From Convolutriloba macropyga (lineage: Eukaryota), in assembly GCF_964194025.1 (NCBI RefSeq), contig NC_134475.1:66588001-66652000 (forward strand): a stretch of 64,000 nt of DNA. The letters run 5' to 3'. Positions 1 to 11,839 of the stretch are shown one piece after another. Under the pieces are notes generated by a model. The model made no database searches. It saw nothing but the letters and a program-made list of their open reading frames with translations, and was not told the origin of the DNA. The first letter of the stretch is position 1. Each line of letters opens with the position of its first letter. The translations under genes and the position numbers were made by a program.

Positions 1-21
1 GTTGTTCAATTGAGAGTTTGT

Positions 22-1687
22 TTAAACAATTGAGGCCAGTGTTCGTCCGTATCTACTTTTGGCACCGTGTAGCATAGTGTTGTGTCGTTGTCTGTATCCT
101 TGTTCCCTGCAGTTAGGGTTTGAGGGACAATTGCTGGCTCGATGGTTCGCCCCCAAACAATTTCTGCAAAGATTCAACTGACAAACCGTTTGTAGTCTTT
201 CATCTGCTGTCTTTGCTTGAAACAGTGGGCAGTGGAATAACTGATGATTACCGTCGTTGAAGACACAAGGCAGAGGCTGGCTGTTGCTGTTGCTTCCTCT
301 TGTTGCCTGAAACATTTGTGTTGAGCTCCTCTGGTTGTACTGGTTCCTGTTGTCGTTGCTAAACTTGGTTATGTTCTGTGTTGGTTGTTGTTGCTGATGT
401 TGTTCCGTGTTAGGATGAGTTGGTTGTTGATGAAATTGTCGGGTTCCATCTAAGTTGGAATTTTGTTGATGTGTGTCACTGGCTGTGCTAAGGCTGGTGC
501 TGTTTCGTCCTTGATGCGTTGAACGTTCATGTGCTTCGGCTATTTCTTTAATCTATGGTTGAAGTCTGCAAGTGTCGGCTGTTGAATTCTTCGTCGTAAA
601 ACAAACTGATTCCATTTGAATTGTTCGCTGTAAGGTAGTTTGTCGGTTACATTCTTCAAGATTGTCGTGCTGTTGAGATCGGCTTCGAAATTAAGTTCTT
701 TCAGTGTCCTTGTCATGGTGTTTATGAAGGTGGAGAATTTTACAATTGTCCAAGGAAGGGATGTCGTTGGTGGCCTGTAGTTCATGAGTTTCTCCAACAA
801 ATTGCTGATGATGACGTTTGGGTTCCCAATGCGCTGTTTCAACTCGTTTATTGCATCCTTGTACAGGTGCCCGTTGCAGGCAAATCCTTTAATTGCTGTT
901 TTGGCTTTTCCAATTACAAGTCCCTGTAGATAGGCCATCTTCTGTCCGTTAATGAGATGAGTGTCTCCAATCATGAAGCTGCCCATTTGCTCGGGTCACC
1001 GTTGGAATTCTGAAGATCCATCTTTGGAAGAGCTTCCACATAAGGCGTATAGAATGGAACTGGTTGTGATAAGGTTGTTAACAATTTCAGTGGTTGTACT
1101 GTTGGCTGATTGAATGTCTGTGTGTCCCCCCTTCCAGTTACTCTGTTCTGCTGGTCGTTTAGGCTGCTTGAGTAAGCTAGTCTGTCGTAACAAAAACTGT
1201 TGAGGTTGTCACGTTGAGCGGAATTGCTAGTTTCCGGTTGTTCTTTGTGTAAACTTCTGTTGATGGATGTTTGCTGTTGTCCAATTGCTCTAGGGTTGAT
1301 GTTGTTTTTGGTTGCTGAGTTATCGGCTGTCGAATTGGCTGTTACTGTTGTCTCGTTGTTGTCTTATGTGTTGAAGTTTGTTGTGGTGTTTTCTTGCGAA
1401 AGGTGCTTCTGAATTTTAACTTTTATGTCATCTATGTTGTTCCACGTGTCAGTGATTTTGTCGATGTACTCCTCGTGCTGATTTTCGTCAAGCTGTGAAG
1501 TCAACTCGTAACTGGTTTCCTCGAACTCCGAAAATGTTTCCACTGCCTTTTCATGGAAATTCTTCGCTGCGTTTATGTTCCCACTGTCAATCAATTCGCT
1601 CATGATTTGCAGGTTTTTCGCAATTTTCTCCCCCATCACCCTGATTTTTGCTTTTAAAACGGGTGGTTGCATGGTTCTGTTCGGCAT
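22..1687 (-). pseudogene. gag: BEL/Pao gag, broken by frameshifts and stops (pieces 1364-1687, 540-986, 22-315)
   Basis: The N-terminal coiled-coil piece, capsid-like piece and Cys/His knuckle piece lie in the expected order but are split by frameshifts and stops. Confidence 0.8.
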
Positions 1688-1871
1688 TGCTGTCAGGCGA
1701 TTTGTTTTCTGCTTTGTGTTTTGTGTTGTTGAAATGCTGACTGTGTGGGGGGGTCTTTATTGTCCGGTGGGGGGGGGGCTTGGTCTTTGGGGTTGATTCG
1801 TGGTATTGGTCTTTGCCTTTGCCCTTGCCTTTGCCTTTGTCTTTTGATTGCGCGTTCGAGCTTGGTTATGG

Positions 1872-1881
1872 GGGGTCACCA
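1872..1881 (-). promoter_or_regulatory. Primer binding site, tRNA-Trp-like
   Basis: The minus strand reads TGGTGACCCC, complementary to the GGGGTCACCA 3' end typical of eukaryotic tRNA-Trp, 8 nt inside the candidate LTR end. Confidence 0.5.
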
Positions 1882-1889
1882 TAAAAAAC

Positions 1890-2086
1890 TGTGCGTTTTT
1901 CCGCTTTCAGTTAATATTGAATGTGTAGTGTTGGTGGTGCTGTGGCCGAAAGTCAGAGAAGCAAACTAATCAGCTTGCTTCACTGACGCCAGTGTTGGCG
2001 GTGTTTCAAAAAAGAACCTTGAGTTATAGTTACTTTGGCACGATATGCCTGGGCTACCCTTTGCCCACTGTTGTTCCTTGTCAACA
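1890..2086 (-). repeat. Candidate 5' LTR of the BEL element
   Basis: The minus strand starts TGTTGAC, ends GCACA and directly precedes the PBS. The partner LTR is outside the window, so the boundaries are unverified. Confidence 0.45.
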
Positions 2087-2788
2087 GTTAAAACTTTCGT
2101 GAGATTTGCTTCACAAATCTTCTTTTGCTACCATGAAAAAGTGATCCATTTCCTAACCATTGAATTCCATCTATAAAATCAACATTATGACTTGGTGTTT
2201 CATAAAGTTACAGTTTTTAGCACGTGCCTCTCCTGGTACACTTGCTATTTAGGGAGTGGATTTAGAGTGAGACCTCGGCCCGGGAAACCCAATTGATGGA
2301 TGAAGAGTAACAATGGGAGAAGACAATGCGCTAGTTAAACGTATCACAAAACCACTGAATAACATGGAATATGGAAAATTGGCATGCATGACTGTTATCA
2401 AAAACACATGGCTACCGATGTGCGCGATCCAAGCCTGTTCTGATCAACCCATCCAGACCCAAAATCAGCTTTGATCAGTCAGACTTGAGTCGAGCACTGG
2501 AATTACTTTTACTGACACTTTTTACCGTTCAAGGAGCAGTAACCATTGATATAAAGTATTTTTTTCAGGAAAATAGACGTCATGTTATCTGTATAGTTTT
2601 TAGGTTCTTTGGCAAAAAATTTTTATTCCAAACGATGAAAAATTTTCAGCTCGACAGCAAATACCAAAACTTAGTCTTTAGCCTGGTCTGGGAAGTAAAA
2701 CCGGGAAGTGCTCCTCAAAAAACAGTAAACTTGGAGGTTAATTATCTCTTCTTATTTCGGTTGAATCTTTTGGTTCTTAGCACTTCTT

Positions 2789-3000
2789 CCAGACTCTGAA
2801 GAGGTTTCTGATCAGACCCTACAGACTCTGTAAACAGCTCTGTTCAGTCTATCCGCACAACTATTTAGACCTTAGATCACGCTATGATCAGACTATCCAG
2901 ACTCTGGACGGGGCTCTGATCAGACTGTCCAGACCTAAGGTAAAGCCCAGATCAGACCGTGAAGACTATGGATGGTGTCCTAATCAGACCTTCCAGACAG
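2789..3000. repeat. Degenerate ~32-bp tandem array (core GATCAGAC-N3-CCAGAC)
   Basis: Core units start near 2807, 2839, 2883, 2915, 2947 and 2979. Related units occur at 2438-2485. Confidence 0.75.
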
Positions 3001-4619
3001 TAGATAGTGCTGCCAGACTGGTTGAGGTTAACCCCCGTGCGCGAACAAAGTTGGTGTGATCAGGACTGGCTCGGGTTGCGCACCTCAACTTGGCTACGAA
3101 CCCAAAAAATGGGTTTTTGGTATTTAAAAAATGTGCACTGCCGGACGGCAACAAACTGATGGCGACTATTATGTAAAAAAGGGCATTCAAAGGTATCATT
3201 CGAGAAAATAGTATTATATAATTTGGGTTAGTAGAGGAAATAGTGCTGAACTGACCACGATCACGAGGAAACCAAGAAGCCATGTCGGAAAAATACATGA
3301 ATTCGCCTAGCGAAGGGTGTTTTGACAAGGTGATTTGTAATTATAAAAAAAGATCGAAATAGAAATAACCAGCAAACTCTCTGCATGTTGTTTTTAAAAA
3401 GTGAACCGGCAAAATAATTTACCCAAACGTTTAAATAGTGGAGCGCACGAACTACAATCCAGCAGGAAAAGGGAATCCAAGCGCTGCTCGTGACACTAAG
3501 GCAAAATTTGGGCTTTATCCTAAAGACAATGAGGACCAGCTGCAAAAAGGTGACAATCACGGGTGACAAAGGGAACTCAAGACAATCACTGGGTAGCGCT
3601 GATGAAAGTGCACCTCTAAGCGAACTTCAACCTCAAAACGGGGAATCATCGAGACTTAATCCACATTTTTTTAAATTAGTGGAGTCAGAACCAGAAAAAA
3701 GTCTAAAGAAACCTGAATTCAATCCGAATTCAATATTTTTTTGAAAGGGAGAAAAATCTCTTTCGGTACCAAAAAAAAGTTTCGAAACGAGTTTAAACAT
3801 CACGATCAAAAACTACTCAGCGAACTGCCCTGTAGAGGAAAAACTGACATTGCCAGTGGTCGGTCTGATAAAATGTATAAGTAGGTTTTCAAAAATTTTC
3901 TCTGATATACCAATTATAAGTGAAAGTAACAAAAAAGAAAGAAATCGAGAAAAAACATTACGTGAAGCAACGTTTTAAGTTTAAGATTGTGAGATACGAC
4001 TTCTGAAGGGGACCTGAAATATGTCTAAAACCAGTCGGCTTTACTCTCCAAAACTTTTAAAATAAATTTGGTTTCTTTTACAACCAGAAGCAGCTTCTCC
4101 GGTCAAATCTCAAAATTGATAGAAATATCGAAACAATTTCTCTGTCTCAGTCATTGGAACGCCATAATCAATGGCTTTTGTTAGAATCATCTGGTATTCA
4201 AAATCGGCGGAGACGAAAAAATCAATGATATTGAATCTTGATATCATCATCAAGTACAAGAAACCAACACTTCGGTTGTGCGTGACGCATTAAAAAGAAG
4301 ACAAATCTAAAATGGCTGATTGATGAATTAAATTCTTAGGTTTGGTTGGGCCAAATTCATCTGAATTTCTAACTTTAAGCGCAAATTAGTCGCAAAGGAA
4401 ACAGAGAAAATTCTCAATGCTGTCTGGTTGTCAGCAATCGGAATTGAGCTAATGTACATTTGGATATGCAAGTAATGATTACAGCCTATGTTTATAAATG
4501 TGTTCCTAGTTACTCTTGACAATAAAAATTTCGATCACGACTTTGAGTGATTTAACAAATTGAGCGGGATGAAAAGGTTGGAAAATATCACACACACAAA
4601 AAATTTTTGAAACGGCACA

Positions 4620-6373
4620 AATTTAGTTTATACTTCAAAGGTAAGTGTGGTAACACAATTTTATAAAAGAAAGTTTTCCGCGAAGTTAGCTGAACTTCCG
4701 GTAACTACATATAACGCTTTAAAAAAAAAGAAAACATTGAATTCCAAAATGTTACACACCTTAAAAGTATCAACAAAATGGCAATGTACAAATTCTAAAA
4801 TACATAAAACAATAAGAATATATTTTATTTACAACGTTTGGAATACTAAAAACATAGAAAAAATATATTGGATATTAAGGAAATTAAAAACAATGAAAAC
4901 TTAATAAAGGTCCCTAAACAAATCTCTGTACTCCAATGCCTTTGGGTCCTTCAGATATTCCTTGAAATAGAATTCTTTCAAAAAACCTTTGATGTTTTTA
5001 ACCTTATCGAGTTTTTGTCTTTGTTCATATGGAAATTCATTGTAGAATTTCATGGCTTGCAGCATCAATGATTTATCGAGGAATTCCGAATTACTTTTCA
5101 TAGCAGGATAACTTTTTCCCGTTCTCGCATTCTGTTTACAATTGGAAGATTGCAATACATTGTTGTTACTAAAAGCTGGTAATTGTTTCCTAACATATTT
5201 CAAGAAAAACACCATATATCGATATTTGAGAAGGAATTCAACAGGCATGATTCTGTTTTTTATTCTTAAATCATACTTTTTTCTTTTGAAACACACTTCT
5301 ATTCCCCAATTAAGTTGTTTTTCTAATGTTATCATGAGATTTGTTCTGATATCAACGAGCATAAAAGATGAGTATTGAATGTGACTTAAAACAAGCGCGT
5401 TCAATAGTGTTACTCTAGTTTTTATAGGAAAACAGTTCTTTATATTTTTCAAGAATTTGATGCTGCAGGCCATTCTGGAGAGTATTCTTTTGATCTCTTC
5501 TTTAAAGTTTAATTTGTTGTCTAATATTATTCCTAGATATATTACCGACGACGATTCTCCTATGTTCACATCGATAACATTGAGATAAGACGGAGTTCGT
5601 GCTTTTTTGATGGAGCAAACACGATATATTCTGTCTTCTTATTGTTCATCATTAATTGATGTGATTGGAAATAATAACATAGTTTTTCAATATTTTTTTC
5701 CAAATATTTTCTGGCTATATTTTCATTAGCATGAGAAGAATAGAGAAAAGTGTCATTGGCGTTTTGGATTACTTGACAATTGTCATTATCAATAGCTCTA
5801 TGATGATCATTCACATAAATGTTGAACAATATTGGTCCTAATACTGTCCCTTGTGGCACACCTCTTAAGTAAAATCCAGTCGGACTCATTTCCCGAGAAA
5901 ACTACTTTTTGAGTTCTGTCTTTCAAATATGATCTAATCAATTGTGTAGATGTTCCGTCGAATCCTAAACATTTCAATTTTTCTATTAGTATTTCGTGTG
6001 AGATTGAGTAAAATGCTTTTGAGAGATCGAAGAATGCTCCACAAACTGTATTCTTTTATCCATTTCAGTTCTTACATATTCTGTACATTGTAGTATGGCA
6101 TCTGTTGTGGACAATTTTTTCCTATATCCAAACTGTTTAGGTTACAGCGAGTTATTTGAGGTCAAATAGTCATTAATTTGGTTGCTTATAACTTGCTCAA
6201 AGATTTTTGCCAATGCGCCGGTTACTGATATTGGACGATAGTTAGTGGGATCTTCTGTGTTTCCTTTTTTTGTAAAGAGGTGAGACCAAAGCTCTTTTGA
6301 GGTCAATCGGAAAAGAAGACTCAGAAATAAACTCGTTTAATCAGAAATAAACTCGTTTAATCAGAAATAAACT
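4620..6373 (-). mobile_element. 5'-truncated, decayed non-LTR retrotransposon (CR1/L2-group LINE) RT region plus 3' UTR
   Basis: The minus strand encodes ..PLYKKGNTEDPTNYRPISV.., KQFGYRKKLSTTDA, DLSKAF, GVPQGTVLGPILFNIYVND, a degraded YADDT (NANDT) and YLGIILDNKLNF, with frameshifts and stops. Confidence 0.85.
6321..6373. repeat. 20-bp tandem repeat (TCAGAAATAAACTCGTTTAA x2.6) at the LINE 5' truncation point
   Basis: Exact copies at 6321 and 6341, and a partial copy at 6361. Confidence 0.9.
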
Positions 6374-6681
6374 TTTTAATTCGAGTCCATGCATTTGGTT
6401 TTTTTACAAGTTAATCAAGAAAAAATAAAGGGAAATGATTTCAGAATTTGGGCAATCAGACACAAGATACGTCAAAAATCATCAAATGAAAGAAAATGGG
6501 CCTTTTGAGAAAATATGTGAAATAATTTAACTAAACACGAAAAGATTTTTGTGCAAGAGTTTGAATTAATTTTAGAGAAACTTTTTGTTAAAATATTCAA
6601 AATTTTTGAGGCGATTTGATTGACAAACTATAAAAGTTAAATTTCAGTTTAACTTCAGTTGATTTTCGAATTAATAGAACG

Positions 6682-7240
6682 CCCGGACTTGAGGCTCAGA
6701 GCAAATCAGCGCTGAACCAGAGCATTTCAAGAGTGAAAACTCAGTTCCGTTCTGAAACATTGCATCTCCGGAATATTTTAAGTATCTTTATGTGCAGTTT
6801 TTCTTCATTATGGTTATATTGATGTCATAGAGTTCTCCCAGACTAAGTTTATCCTGTATAGTCTGAAAATTACTCATACCCCAAAATTAAGTCTGAGCAG
6901 AATAATATCACACTTTTATAGCTTATAACTGGTAATTACTACACTATTTATACAAAAGCTAGTGTTTAGGCAATTACCACAAAGCCCATTTAGCTTGGGG
7001 GTTACGACTTGCTACGCAAATTAATTGCCACAAGTACGCACGCGGAAGTTCGAAACGCATATAGAGCAAACCTTGTTGGCGGGAGTTCAGTTGAATATAT
7101 TGTTTTTCATGAAAAAATTTTTACTCAAAAATCATACTAGTCATTGGAAATGTTGACATGAACAGAGTACTGACCATCCTAAAAAACAGAATTTCTCTAG
7201 ACTGATTCAGCGCTGATTTACTCTGCCATCAACCTCCGGG
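6682..7240. mobile_element. Non-autonomous DNA transposon (MITE) with CCCGG...CCGGG termini
   Basis: The left arm CCCGG..CAGAGCAAATCAGCGCTGAA mirrors the right arm TTCAGCGCTGATTTACTCTG..CCGGG. Flanks are CG/TG. Confidence 0.7.
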
Positions 7241-10200
7241 TGGGATTTTGCAAAAAAATGATTGAATATTAGATTTGATTATCTGATTATATGCAAAAGA
7301 GTACAGGGTTACTTTTGCGAAAAAAAGGAAAAAAAAACAGTTTTCGGATTTTCTATGAAAATTTTAACAAGAGAATCTTTCGTTGAACAGTGAGAAAAAA
7401 TTGTTTGCTTCTTGGTCAATTTTTTTCTATTAAATTCTAGTAAATAATAGATTTTTTTTTGAAGAATTTCAATTGATTTGAATGAATATTAGAGAATGGT
7501 TAGGGACAGGTTTGAATGAAAGTTAGAGCGTTTTTGTTAAAATTTTTTTTTTAATTATTTATGTGAAAGCATTCGAATGACTATTGGGGGCATTCTTTTG
7601 AAAATTTTTGAATATATTTTATGGGGATATTTTTGAAATTAATTGGTCAAACGTTATGGCATTTTGTTCAAAAAATTGAATGAACATTAGTGTTCTATGT
7701 CAAATGATTTTCAATCATTCAAATTAATTTTAAAGTAATTTTTGGGAAGTTATTTGAAAAAATTTGAGCGTTTTTTGCGAGTGAGCATTTGCGAGTGAAT
7801 GTTAGTTTTTTTGTCAATTATATAAAAATGAATAAACTTTAGATTTCTTGTGGAATTAATCGATTGAAGTTTGCAGGATCTCAGTATGAAATATTCAAAA
7901 CAAAAAAATTGATTGCCATTACTACCAATAATTACAAACGTTAACTCTGACTAAAATTTTGTACCAATTATTGAATCAAAATTAACTGACTGACTTGACG
8001 ACACACAAGCTCTATTTAAAATTATACGAGTTATTTAATCTCGGCTGTTATTGAAAATCTGAACAGCTACCGTGTCTGCTGTCGTAAAAATTTGAATTGT
8101 TGCGTATCCCAATTTCAAAGGTTAACAATTTATAGGGGGATCATTGTAAAAAAAAATTTAAAATCTTATAGAAGTGAAAAAATCCAGTTGCAAAACGTGC
8201 ATAAATCGCAAAAAAATCTCAAACTAATTTTACGGTTTCATTTGAAAAATCTATTCTACTTATCAAGATTTAGACGACATTACATGACAATTTGAGGGTA
8301 CTTTACCTACATTGCGACCTATAATTTCATCAAACAGCTAAACAAACTCACAGTTGTCTGGCAAAAAACTTATGAACTCTTACCAAAAAGAGATATGAGA
8401 ATAACTTGAAAATAGTAACGGTAATGTAATAAATGGTAAAATGCCTGAAGCAGGTTTCTTTTACGTTTTCATATGAATCCATCAAAAATGGGGCCTGGAG
8501 AATGGGGTGTAGTGATATGTTTTCAATTGTCGCCTACGAAAAAAATGTTTTCTTCAGACAAAAAAGGCGAATTATCCAACTTCAAAGTGACGAAAAGAGA
8601 AAAATTTTAACAAAAAGTTTCACCATTTCACACAAAAAATTATTTCAATTCAAGTCATAGATAAGTCTTACTAGATGATCATTAAGAAGAAAATAACTAC
8701 TTAGCTAGTTATGTGAATACTTTTTAGCTGGTACACTGTAAACTGCTTTCTTTGTCAATGAAAAACTTATTCAAGCCAATAGAAACGTTTTCAAAATTCC
8801 CAACAATGTTCACAGTACTGTTTTTCAAAGTTTTGTTATGTTAACACCAATGGTTTCTAACCGCTTCTGATCTCAAGTTAAAGTCAAAGTATTATGGTAG
8901 GTGAAAAAAATGTGACGCTTCATAATTGATGTTTTTCCGCAATCGTTTATGAGGCAGTTCAACAATTTCAAAAAATTTGATTAGATCTTGTGTTTCTTTC
9001 GTAGATGAGAAAAATTGTACTGCTTCTTGGAAACATGTTATCTTAATGAACAGATTGTGTTTGACATATATTTTTGCATTGCAATTAAATTTGCAGTCCC
9101 TTATTGAAAGATGTCAATTTTCAAAACCAGTTCTACATACGCTGGTTGTTTCAAACGCTTTCTAATCTTCAAAAATTGTTTGTGTTTCGGGACTGCTTAG
9201 TTTTAGGCCAGAGATGCAAATTAAAACCAAAAAAGCCCAGTATCTATCTTTTGGCATCCTCGTATTCAATTTTTGTTTGCTTGGACATTTTTCGCCTCGA
9301 CTTTATATAACTTTTAAGACCTTCGAAGACTTCTTTAGGACTCTTATTTTATCAGATTGCATATGTAAAATCAAATTTGTGACAGTTTTTAGTGAAACTT
9401 TTTCTCCAATAAAAAGTATTTTATAGGTCTAGAAGAAATAATCCAGAAAAATTAGATTAAAATGATGATTGCTTAGCACGGAACTTTGCTATGTAAGAGC
9501 AAAAGAAATTAAAAGATAATTGTATCATTTAGGAAATATGACATCCTTGTAAATTGCCATTATTGTTTTTTGAGGAAATTAGGAAAAACAACGTCACGAA
9601 AACACTGGTTCAAATGTTCAAACTGTAAAATACTCAAAGGCATCATTTTTATTTCAAAAAATCTCACAATTAAAATATTTATTGTCTTTCACTCCTCTTC
9701 AATACTGTTTATAATACAAATCTTTAAACTTCGATCGTGTTTTGTTTATACACACAGAGTTTTGACAATTTTTGCAGCTTGTATTTTGGTCGATTGTCGA
9801 CTTAACTCTCCTTTTCTTTTTGTTTCTTTTTTGTTCTTGAAGTTTCTGGTCAAGAAGTAATTTCAATAGATCCTGCGGAGAGAAATTTATAACATGGAGC
9901 TTGGTTTCATAAAATTGTTTTTCAAATGGGACAAATTTTTTTTTGACTCAAAACAAAATTCATGTTCTCTTGCAAAGGAATATTGTTCATTTTCTGCAAG
10001 TTTTGGGCTTTTGCTCTTCAAAAAACTTCTCCGATGATGAGTTATTGTTTACTCAGAAAATGAAATAGTGTTCCAAAATAGAAATAGCCCTGGACATGTT
10101 TTTTCCTTGGTTTTACATACTTTTTAAGACCCTGGAAGCATGACTCAATATATTTTTTAAAATGCACCAAAATTGCAGCTGTGACACTTTTTCCGTAAAA

Positions 10201-11839
10201 TTTTCATCTCCACTCTGTAAAAACCTTTTTTTGATCAAAAAAATTGGGACACAATTTTCTTCAAAATGAGATTAAGATGATGACTGCTTCCCAACAAAAT
10301 GTCAGTATGATAAACAAAAGTTCCAGAGACTCAAATAATGCATACAGTCTTCATTGTTCTTCATTTTAATATATATTATAAATCTTGACACTTCAATAGT
10401 GTTTGTTCTGTGTGGAAACAGAGTTTTGACGAAATTTTTCCACCCGCTCCAAACTGATTTTACAGACATTTCACTCAATTGAAGCTGAAGTTTCATGGAA
10501 AATGTTTACATCATCATTTGGAATTTGTCCCTTAGTTTAAGTCAAATCTGCAAAAACTTTAATAATGTATTCCTTGGCAATTTAACCCCATTTGGCTTCT
10601 GATATTTTTTCTGTATGCTTTTTTATTTTTTTATTTTCTTTATAGCTAATATCAATATCCCCCTATTTCAAATTTTGAAATTTTCTTGTCTTTTGTAGTG
10701 CTTCATGTTTACGTGATTTTAGATCCAATTCCTTTTTTGTTTCTAGTGTATTTTGCATGATAAGGGTCAGGAAATCATAACAATATATTGTGCAGGGACT
10801 AATAGTTAGCTTGAACCTAGTTTTTTGTCGTTTTCATCTTCCAGAGACAACGTGTGGCTGATCACAACATACATTTTCTCTTGAGCCATGTTCTTTTGGT
10901 TCTTCAAAAAGTTCTCATTTGTTAACCTGAAACTAATTCTCAAAAAATCGAATAGTGATCTGAAATAAATATGAGGACAACGTTTGGGCTTGAGGAATAC
11001 TCGCAGAAAAAAAGTTCATTATTTTTTGGTGTACTTTGTTTTTCTTGTTGTAGAAGTTATGTTGATTAGCTGCAGAGCGCTGCAGGAGAAATTCCAATTT
11101 TGATGGGCGGCTCTTACATCTTCATGAGAGTTTTGAAAATAATAGTTTCCTAAGAAAAATTGCGATTAATCTAATTACCATTTCAAAGTTCTATTTGAAT
11201 ACAATCGTTGAATGTTAAATTGCTTATTTAATCATCAATTTGATATATCAAATAACTTGTTGGCGCAAATAGTTAAAAGAAACATCCGACATCAGTCATC
11301 AAAGCTACAGAACTCGAAATGTTTATAAAAACCCGAAAAATCAAATTTTTTTTTAAAAAAATGTACAAGATGTGATTGAGAGTTTGTCCATCACTTCTAT
11401 TTTTGAGAACAGAGCTACCACAGAATATAGTATCTGATTAGAGTAGTCTCTAAGTTTTTTGAGGATTCAACAGAAACTATTGAACCATACTTTGTTAAGT
11501 CGTTATTGTTGATTCAACATTTTTACGGATTAAACAGTCAACAGCGAGTAAAAATCAGGTAAATGATGAGAAAAAATTCGTTAATTGTTTTCACCAAATT
11601 GTTAAGATAGTGCAAAAGCATTATGACATTGCGTTAGGAAACCTTAGAGACAGTTACAAAGAGTACTTGACTTTCATAATGACCAGGATTTGATTCTTAA
11701 CCAACTAAGAACTTTTATGTTATTTTCTTTCTAGATATAAAATAAGGAAAATACAAATGTAGATAAGTTACCCTACAGTTAGTAAGCAGAACAACTATCA
11801 TTTTACTGAGGCCCTACACTTTTAAGGTTCGAATTTCTC

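Larger units (their letters stand above)
1..2086 (-). mobile_element. BEL/Pao LTR retrotransposon, 5' portion (LTR, PBS, frameshifted gag); continues beyond the left window edge
   Basis: Minus-strand ORF pieces encode a BEL-type capsid region (KMAYLQGLVIGKAKTAI..YKDAINELKQRIGNP) and the BEL triple zinc knuckle (CVFNDGNHQLFHC / CRNCLGANHRASNC / C..RQRHNTMLH). There is a candidate TGT..ACA LTR at 1890-2086 and a PBS at 1872-1881. Confidence 0.85.

Noticed and set aside
2789-3000. CRISPR-like repeat/spacer appearance
   Set aside because: Eukaryotic context, degenerate repeats, linkers far too short and no cas genes.
7300-11700. Several 60-100 aa ORFs in AT-rich DNA (similar ORFs also occur at 26000-50300 and 63300-63940)
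   Set aside because: K/N/F/I/L-biased chance ORFs, mostly with non-ATG starts and no domain motifs.
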